Origin: Candidatus Eiseniibacteriota bacterium
GTDB taxonomy: Bacteria > Eisenbacteria > RBG-16-71-46
Length of the DNA stretch: 11,244 nucleotides
NCBI GenBank assembly: GCA_031366795.1
Contig: JANLOX010000391.1
Coordinates: forward strand, 1 to 11,244
Direction of reading: 5' to 3'
Each line of letters begins with the position of its first letter. The first letter of the stretch is position 1. Shown here in pieces: positions 5,316 through 11,244 of the stretch. Under the pieces are notes generated by a model, which was not told where the DNA came from, made no database searches, and saw only the letters and a list, made by a program, of their open reading frames with translations. The position numbers and the translations under genes were made by a program.

Positions 5316-7589
5316 TCACGTGGCGGGAGAACGCCGCAGTTCGACGACGCGCCGCCACACGCTGAAGAACGCACTGCCCAACATCAGGATCGCGCCGATC
5401 CACACGAGGTTGATGAGCGGCTTGGTGCTCACCTCGACCGCGAGGATCTCCTGCTTCTCCGTCCCCTTGTCGAGTCCCGGCACCGCCAGGGCGATCTTGC
5501 CGGCGCTGGCATCGGCGCCGACGATCTCGACCGTGCCACCCCCCACGAGGTAAGCGGGGATACTCTTGTGGTCGGGATTCATCGGCTGGTACACGGGCCG
5601 CACCGGCACGGTGCGCCCACCCGACTCCGCCGTCATCTTCGCCGCGATCGACATCGCCGGCGTGCCCATGCCCGAGATCTCGAAATCCGTGAAGGTATAG
5701 GTGACCTGGCCAATCTTGCGCGACTCGCCTTTACCCAACCACAGCGCATTGTCGGTCGGGTCGTTGCCCGCCATATCGAGTGGCGAGATGTAGAGGTCGT
5801 GCGTCAGGTAGCGCTGGATGTAGGGCTTCTTCATGTAGCCGCGGTTGTAGTCGCTCCAGTAGAGCGCGGGTGTGGCTTCGAAGCTGCCGCCCGGGTAACT
5901 CACCGCGATCACCGCGTGGTCCTTTCCGTCCTTGCGCTTCTCGAGCCGGTCGAAGCGCATCGTGAGCCCGAGCGCGGAGCGGTTCTGGCCCTTCGGCAAC
6001 TGGATCTGCTTCGACAATCCATAGCCCGACGAGGAGACCACGCCGATCAGCAACACTGAAACACCGGCGTGGCCTAAGTAGGCTACGCCATGCTTCCACC
6101 CGGCGCGGAATCCCCGGAGGGTCACGGCGATGTTCGAGGCCAGTGCCCACGCCGCCGCAAAGATCACCGCCGCGGGCAGCGCATCGCGCACGCCGAGGAA
6201 CACGGCAATGCCGGCCACCACGACGGCAGTGATGAGCGAGGGCACGATGGCGCGGCCGATGATCTTGGGGTCCTGGTCACGCCAGCGCATCAGCGGCGCG
6301 ATGCCGAGCAGCAGTCCCATCACCACGGCAAGCGGGCCATTGGCGATGTTGTAGTACTCGGTCTTCACGTTGGACGCGGGGCCGAACAGCTTGGTGATCA
6401 GCGGCGCGCTCATGCCCACCGCGGTCAGCGTGCACATCAGCATGAACACCAGCTGGCCGAGCCACATCATGGACTCGCGCGAGAAATTGCCCAGCGCCTG
6501 TGCCGGTTTGGGGATGTCGTGCAACCGGAACAACAGCGTGCCGTAGCCGACGATCATGATGAGGAACAGGAACGACAGCAGGAAGCCGTTGAGCCCGAGG
6601 TTCACGAACGAGTGCACGGAGAAGTCGGCGAGCACGCCGCTGCGCGTGAGGAACGAGGCGTACAGCACCAGCACGTAAGAGGTCACCGCGAGGAACAGGT
6701 TCGTGCGCCGCAGGCTGCCCGTCACGCGCTGCACCAGCAGGCCGTGCAGCAGCGCGATGTTCGAGAGCCACGGAATCAGCGAGCCGTTCTCGACCGGGTC
6801 CCAGCCCCAGTAGCCGCCCCAGCCGAGCACCTTGTAGGCCCATACACCGCCCATGATGAACCCGGTGGCCAGCACGCCGGCGGACAGCAGCACCCACGGC
6901 AGGGCGACCTTGATCCAGCCGTCGTAGTCACGCTTGACCATCGCCGCCATCGCAATGGAGAACGGCACGACGAGTGACGAGAAGCCCGTGAACAACACCG
7001 GAGGGTGGATGGTCATCCACGCATCCTGCAGCAGCGGGTTTAGGCCATTACCGTCGATCGGCACCTTGCCGGGAGCGAACATCAGGAACGGCCCGCGCAT
7101 CACGGTGACCAACCCCAGCATGATCAGCGGCAGGTTGAGGAAGAACATCGAGGGCACCGTCAGCTTGTGCCGCCCGCGCATCAGCACCAGACCGAGCGTC
7201 GCTGTGAGCAGCGCCCACAGCATGAACGTGCCCTCCTGCCCGCCCCAGAACGCCGCGTACACGTAGCGGCCGGGCATGGCAGTCGAGGAATACGAGGCGA
7301 CGTATTCGTAGCGGAAGTCATGGTGGAACAGGATGCGCCACAACTCGCCCGCGGCGAGCAGCAACCCGCCCCACTGCACCACGTACGCCGAGCGCGCGAC
7401 GCCCACGGCTTCTTCACGCCCGCCCATCACGGCGAGGAACGCGAGGCCGGCGACGAGTGCCGCGAGGAATGACGTCCAGTTGAGCGCCTGGCCGATGTTC
7501 AGCAGGCCCGCGGCCGACAGCGCCATCGGGATGATGGCCGCACCTGCGGCGATCGCAAGGGTACGCACGATGCTGGAGGTCGCGCTCAT
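5316..7589 (-). CDS. ccmF: Cytochrome c heme lyase subunit CcmF
   Basis: Motifs FWGGQEGTFMLW, GLNPLLQD.WM.IHPP, WAYKVLGWGGYWGWDPVEN (WWD domain), FLTRSG...SVHSF and LGHAG. ATG 7589 overlaps the ccmE stop (ATGA). Confidence 0.95.
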   Translation of the reverse strand: MSATSSIVRTLAIAAGAAIIPMALSAAGLLNIGQALNWTSFLAALVAGLAFLAVMGGREEAVGVARSAYVVQWGGLLLAAGELWRILFHHDFRYEYVASYSSTAMPGRYVYAAFWGGQEGTFMLWALLTATLGLVLMRGRHKLTVPSMFFLNLPLIMLGLVTVMRGPFLMFAPGKVPIDGNGLNPLLQDAWMTIHPPVLFTGFSSLVVPFSIAMAAMVKRDYDGWIKVALPWVLLSAGVLATGFIMGGVWAYKVLGWGGYWGWDPVENGSLIPWLSNIALLHGLLVQRVTGSLRRTNLFLAVTSYVLVLYASFLTRSGVLADFSVHSFVNLGLNGFLLSFLFLIMIVGYGTLLFRLHDIPKPAQALGNFSRESMMWLGQLVFMLMCTLTAVGMSAPLITKLFGPASNVKTEYYNIANGPLAVVMGLLLGIAPLMRWRDQDPKIIGRAIVPSLITAVVVAGIAVFLGVRDALPAAVIFAAAWALASNIAVTLRGFRAGWKHGVAYLGHAGVSVLLIGVVSSSGYGLSKQIQLPKGQNRSALGLTMRFDRLEKRKDGKDHAVIAVSYPGGSFEATPALYWSDYNRGYMKKPYIQRYLTHDLYISPLDMAGNDPTDNALWLGKGESRKIGQVTYTFTDFEISGMGTPAMSIAAKMTAESGGRTVPVRPVYQPMNPDHKSIPAYLVGGGTVEIVGADASAGKIALAVPGLDKGTEKQEILAVEVSTKPLINLVWIGAILMLGSAFFSVWRRVVELRRSPAT

Positions 7590-7969
7590 GAAGTGTGCTG
7601 CTTCTCGGCTTCGGCCTGGTACTTGGACGGGCACTTCACCAGTAACTGGTCGGCTTCGAATTTCTCCTTGGTGTAGCGCCCGATCGCCACGATCGAGGTG
7701 GCCTGGTCGAAGTTGCCGGGGATCACGCCGCGGTACTCGACGTCCATGACCTCACCCTGCGAGTCCTTGAGCTTGAACTCGAGGTACTGCTCGTCCTGCT
7801 TGAGCACGTAGTTCTTGTCGGCGAGCACGCCGTTGACCTGCACCGTGCCGCTGGCGCGGCGGGCATCGGCGAAAGCGACGTAAGGCGTCATGGTCTTCTT
7901 GAAGCTGCTGACGCCGAAGATCCCGGCGATCACGAGCAGCACGAGGGCAGCGATCACTTTGGCGTTCAT
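7586..7969 (-). CDS. ccmE: Heme chaperone CcmE, CxxxY variant
   Basis: N-terminal TM anchor, V.Y.G..P.NF....IVAIG, and the C-terminal LLVKCPSKY. ATG 7969 overlaps the ccmD stop (ATGA). Confidence 0.92.
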   Translation of the reverse strand: MNAKVIAALVLLVIAGIFGVSSFKKTMTPYVAFADARRASGTVQVNGVLADKNYVLKQDEQYLEFKLKDSQGEVMDVEYRGVIPGNFDQATSIVAIGRYTKEKFEADQLLVKCPSKYQAEAEKQHTS

Positions 7970-8073
7970 CGCTTTTCCAACTCCCGGATGCGACGCTCCA
8001 ACTGCGTCAGGTAGATGAACACGATCCCCCACACCAGCAGCGCGACTCCCAGCACGACCCAATTCTTGTCCAT
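7966..8073 (-). CDS. ccmD: CcmD-family small membrane protein (35 aa, MDKNWVVLGVALLVWGIVFIYLTQLERRIRELEKR)
   Basis: Absent from the ORF track because it is short. It has a GGGAGAG SD, one TM helix plus a charged coiled tail, lies between ccmC and ccmE, and its TGA overlaps the ccmE ATG. Confidence 0.85.
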   Translation of the reverse strand: MDKNWVVLGVALLVWGIVFIYLTQLERRIRELEKR

Positions 8074-8088
8074 GTCGGACTCTCCCGT

Positions 8089-8739
8089 TTACAGGGCGGC
8101 GGCGGAACGACGCGCCAGCCGCATGAGCCGCACGCGCAGCGAGAACATCCAGGCGAACAACCCCACGAACCCGAGGAACATCGAGTAGAACGCAATACGG
8201 ATCTGCGGGTCCATCTTGATCTTGCCCGCGGTATTGATCAGCGGATCCGGATGCAGCGAGAAATAGATGCGCGGCACGATGAACATCAGGAACGGCACGG
8301 TCACGAACGCAGTGGCCGAGTAGATCGCCGACAGCCGCGCCCGGCGCTCTTCACCTTCGATCGAACTGCGCAGGGCGAGGTAGGCGCCGTAGATGAGCAA
8401 CAGGAAGAAGATCGAGGTCTCACGCGGGTCCCAGTTCCACCACGAACCCCACATGGACTTCGCCCACAGCGAGCCGCTGAGTGTCGCGGCGAGGCAAAAC
8501 ACCAATCCGATCTCCGCTGCGGCCGAGGCTTTGTGGTCGTGTTCGATGTTGCGGCTCTTCAAGTAGGCGATACTGTGGCCCATCGACCATGCGAGCGCCA
8601 CAAAGCTCATCCAGGCGACCGGGATGTGGAAGTACATGACGCGCGTGGTTTCCTCGAGCGAGGGAACCAGCGGCGGCCACAACAGCGCGATCACCGTCCA
8701 TGCCGCGAGCCACAGGAACAACAGGGTGCGGGCGATCAT
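8089..8739 (-). CDS. ccmC: Heme exporter/handling protein CcmC
   Basis: YFHIP, the WWD motif WAKSMWGSWWNWDPRET and SLHP. About six TM segments, with a GGAGG SD upstream. Confidence 0.93.
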   Translation of the reverse strand: MIARTLLFLWLAAWTVIALLWPPLVPSLEETTRVMYFHIPVAWMSFVALAWSMGHSIAYLKSRNIEHDHKASAAAEIGLVFCLAATLSGSLWAKSMWGSWWNWDPRETSIFFLLLIYGAYLALRSSIEGEERRARLSAIYSATAFVTVPFLMFIVPRIYFSLHPDPLINTAGKIKMDPQIRIAFYSMFLGFVGLFAWMFSLRVRLMRLARRSAAAL

Positions 8740-8740
8740 C

Positions 8741-9412
8741 TCAATCCTCCCACAGGTGATCGTAGAGCAGCAGACTCGCGGCCAGCAAGGCGAGCGTGAT
8801 CGCGGCGAGCAAGCGGATCTCGAAGGTCACAGGAGCGCCCACCCACTGCGCACGCGTGGCGCTGACTGCTGCCGCGAGCACCGGCAAAAGCAAGGGAAAC
8901 GACACGCCTGCGAACAACGCGCCGCGGCCGCGTGATTGCGCGATCACCGCGCCGACCAGCGTCGAGGCGGTGGCGAGTGCTGCCGAGCCCAGCGCCAGAA
9001 TGCCAATGAACACCCCCCAGTGCGGTGGCGGCCCGCCCATCAGCACGAGGAACAACGGCACCGTCACCGCTTCGATGAGCCCCAGGAACAACAGGTTGAA
9101 CAATAGCTTTCCGAGCGCGATCGGCGTCGGTCCCGCGCACATCCGCAACAGCGTGAGCGTGTGGCCTTCCACTTCGCGCACGAACGTATGGCTCAGCGAG
9201 GACAACGCCGCGAACAGGATGACGATCCACAGCAGCGCCGAAAGCACGTCGGTGCGATCGCCCAGCCTGCCTACGGCGAAGCTCACGGCAGTCAGCGTGG
9301 TCACCGCGAACAGCAGTGCCGCGTTGAGGCCGTAGCGCGTGCGCCATTCGCTGCGGCATTCCTTACGAAGGATTGCCCACACCGCGGCTGAGCTCGAGTT
9401 GCGAGTCGGCAA
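8741..9412 (-). CDS. ccmB: Heme exporter permease CcmB
   Basis: ILRKECRSEWRT, FVREVEGHTL.LL, I.LGKLLFN and FPLLLPVL. Start is probably TTG 9412 (GGGAGA upstream) or GTG 9382, overlapping the ccmA end. Confidence 0.9.
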   Translation of the reverse strand: MPTRNSSSAAVWAILRKECRSEWRTRYGLNAALLFAVTTLTAVSFAVGRLGDRTDVLSALLWIVILFAALSSLSHTFVREVEGHTLTLLRMCAGPTPIALGKLLFNLLFLGLIEAVTVPLFLVLMGGPPPHWGVFIGILALGSAALATASTLVGAVIAQSRGRGALFAGVSFPLLLPVLAAAVSATRAQWVGAPVTFEIRLLAAITLALLAASLLLYDHLWED

Positions 9413-10019
9413 GCGTTGTCTCCCGTGGATCGTTGGTCGCGAGCAGGACGAGTCCCGTTGCGCGGTGTGCGACGATGAGGCTCTCGGTGAGCGCGCGGCC
9501 CGGCTCATCGAGATGACTACCGGGTTCGTCGAGCAGCAGCACCGGCGGCTCGTGCAGCACAGCGAACGCCAACCGCAGCCGCTGCTTCATGCCCGACGAC
9601 AGTGCCGCAACGCGGTCGTGTTCACGCGGGACCAACCCCACGCGGTCGAGCGCCTTACGCACGCGCGCCTCGCGGTCGTCGAGTCCGCGCGCCTCGGCGA
9701 CGAACAGCAGGTTCTCTGCGACCGTCAGCTCATCGTAGAACGCCAGCTCGGGCGAGGCGTAACCCACGACATCGCGCCGCGCGGCCGGGGCGACATCGCG
9801 GCCCTCGATTCGCAATTCAAGGCTGCCGCGCGTGGGCCTGAGCAGGCCTGCGACAATTCGCAGCAGCGTGCTCTTGCCCGCTCCGTTGGCGCCAAGAATC
9901 GCCATGCAACCATGTCCCTGGTGCGCAAACGTGGCGGCGTAAAGACCGCGGCCCGGGGAGAATTGGTGCTCCACGCCGCGCGCCTCCAACACGATGGCCG
10001 TAGCCCCGCTCGTACTCAC
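9363..10019 (-). CDS. ccmA: Heme export ABC ATPase CcmA
   Basis: Walker A GANGAGKS, signature LSSGMKQR and Walker B VLLLDEP. It directly precedes ccmB, and its GTG overlaps the upstream TGA. Confidence 0.9.
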   Translation of the reverse strand: MSTSGATAIVLEARGVEHQFSPGRGLYAATFAHQGHGCMAILGANGAGKSTLLRIVAGLLRPTRGSLELRIEGRDVAPAARRDVVGYASPELAFYDELTVAENLLFVAEARGLDDREARVRKALDRVGLVPREHDRVAALSSGMKQRLRLAFAVLHEPPVLLLDEPGSHLDEPGRALTESLIVAHRATGLVLLATNDPRETTLADSQLELSRGVGNPS

Positions 10020-11047
10020 GCTCCGTGGCCGGCGCCCGTGATGACTCCGCCGCCCACCAGCCGCCCAAGCTCGGGCAGCACACGCGCCCGCACCTCGGCC
10101 AGGCTGCAGTTGAGCATGGCGCCCGCCGCGTGCGGGTGACCACCCCCGCCCAGTTTGGTGATCACGGAATCGATGGCGACGCGGCCATTGGAGCGCACAC
10201 TCACCTTCACCTTGTCCGTCTCGACTTCCGAGAACAGCACCACGAGGTCGATGCCCTCGATGCTGCGCGGCAGATCCACGAGCCCTTCGGTGTCGGCACC
10301 GCGCAGGCCGTGGCGCTGGAATTGTTCCGGCGTCGCCGTCAGCACCACGATGCGGCCGTCCTCGACTACTTCGAGCGCCGTCAGCACTTCACCGAAGAAC
10401 CGCAGCCGCCCCGGCGTGGCATGCGAGCTGACCTGGGCGTGGATCTTCGGCGGATCGAGACCCAGCTCGAGCAAGTCCGCCGCGATACGGTGCGTGTCGC
10501 TGTCGGTGTTCGAGTAGCGGAACGAGCCCGTGTCGGTGACGAGCGCCACGTACAGCGCGTGCGCCATGTCGCGCGTGAGGATGCCACCGGCCTCATGCAC
10601 GAGGTCGAACACAATCTCCCCCGTCGCCGCGGCCTCGGGCTCGATCACGTTGACCTGCCCGAATCCTTCCGCATGGCTGACGTGGTGATCGACGACCGCG
10701 ATCGGCAGGATATGGTTGTCGAGCATGGCGGCGAGCCGTCCGATGCGCGAACGGTTGCTCGTGTCGAGCACGATCAGGCCGTCGGAGTCGTTCATCAACT
10801 GCTCCGCCAGCTCAGGCGTGAACTCTTCAATCGGGTGCATGGCGCTCAGGAACTTGAACGCCGGCGGCAGCGGCGAGTCGTTGAGGATGCGCACCGTCTT
10901 GCCCTGGGCCTTGAGCCACAGCGCCGTCGCGATCTCGCTGCCCAGGCCATCGCCATCGGGATTCACGTGCGTGGTCAGCAGCAATCGCTGGTGGCGCGCG
11001 ACGAAGGCATGGAACTGCGGGCGGTCCGGACTCGGCGTCGTGGTCAT
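10016..11047 (-). CDS. nrnA: DHH/DHHA1 phosphoesterase (NrnA-like nanoRNase/pAp phosphatase)
   Basis: THVNPDGDGLGS, LDT, VDHH, TDTGSFRY, SVRS and GGGHPHAAG. Confidence 0.88.
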   Translation of the reverse strand: MTTTPSPDRPQFHAFVARHQRLLLTTHVNPDGDGLGSEIATALWLKAQGKTVRILNDSPLPPAFKFLSAMHPIEEFTPELAEQLMNDSDGLIVLDTSNRSRIGRLAAMLDNHILPIAVVDHHVSHAEGFGQVNVIEPEAAATGEIVFDLVHEAGGILTRDMAHALYVALVTDTGSFRYSNTDSDTHRIAADLLELGLDPPKIHAQVSSHATPGRLRFFGEVLTALEVVEDGRIVVLTATPEQFQRHGLRGADTEGLVDLPRSIEGIDLVVLFSEVETDKVKVSVRSNGRVAIDSVITKLGGGGHPHAAGAMLNCSLAEVRARVLPELGRLVGGGVITGAGHGA

Positions 11048-11244
11048 CTCGGCAACTCCTTGGGAGCGTCGTTCGCGGGGACCGCGGGGACCGCGGGGTG
11101 GATCTTGAGTTTGGCGACGTCTTCGAGGAACCAGCGGTGCAGCCGCAGGTCCTGCGTCAATTCGGGATGGAATGCGATGCCGACCGCCTGGCCCTGACGG
11201 ACACCCACGGGCTCATCGCCGCGCCGCGCGATCACCTCAACGCC
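11044..11244 (-). CDS. pdxT: PLP synthase glutaminase subunit PdxT, C-terminal part (truncated by the window edge)
   Basis: GVEVIARRGDEPVGVRQGQAVGIAFHPELTQDLRLHRWF contains the FHPEL motif and a PdxT-type C-terminus. The frame is open to the window end, and its stop overlaps the nrnA ATG. Confidence 0.85.
   Translation of the reverse strand, partial: GVEVIARRGDEPVGVRQGQAVGIAFHPELTQDLRLHRWFLEDVAKLKIHPAVPAVPANDAPKELPR
11074..11098. repeat. 9-bp tandem repeat (cgcggggac, about 2.8 copies) encoding PAVPAVPA in the PdxT tail
   Basis: Directly visible and in frame. Confidence 0.7.

Noticed and set aside
11074..11098. 9-bp tandem repeat as a phase-variation site
   Set aside because: The unit is a multiple of three and lies in a low-complexity C-terminal tail, so copy-number changes would not shift the frame.
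10025..11197. 390-aa plus-strand ORF and similar long ORFs (6090..6977, 4069..4827, 4214..5374, 9339..10139)
   Set aside because: Antisense or alternate-frame shadows of well-supported genes, with low-complexity R/A/G-rich translations.

Overview
GC-rich bacterial DNA. The style of the HNH protein and the operator motif tentatively suggest an FCB-related or candidate lineage such as Ca. Eisenbacteria (inference only). The minus strand carries a tightly packed run of genes: pdxT (3' part, cut by the window edge), a DHH/NrnA phosphoesterase, ccmABCDEF (cytochrome c maturation, with a CxxxY-type CcmE, a tiny CcmD missed by the ORF track, and no ccmG/ccmH), and a membrane-anchored HExxH metallopeptidase. 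A separately promoted three-gene cassette follows: DUF6504-like protein, DinB (Pol IV) and DUF72. Its putative promoter contains a palindrome, TTACTGC-N8-GCAGTAA, that looks like a LexA box. The dinB/DUF72 junction is duplicated as a diverged 60-bp tandem repeat, creating an in-frame 18-aa chimeric mini-ORF. At the left end, on the plus strand, a DUF222-like/HNH endonuclease gene is interrupted by two in-frame stops and preceded by a predicted three-way-junction RNA structure. All family calls come from motif recognition by eye; no database searches were run.
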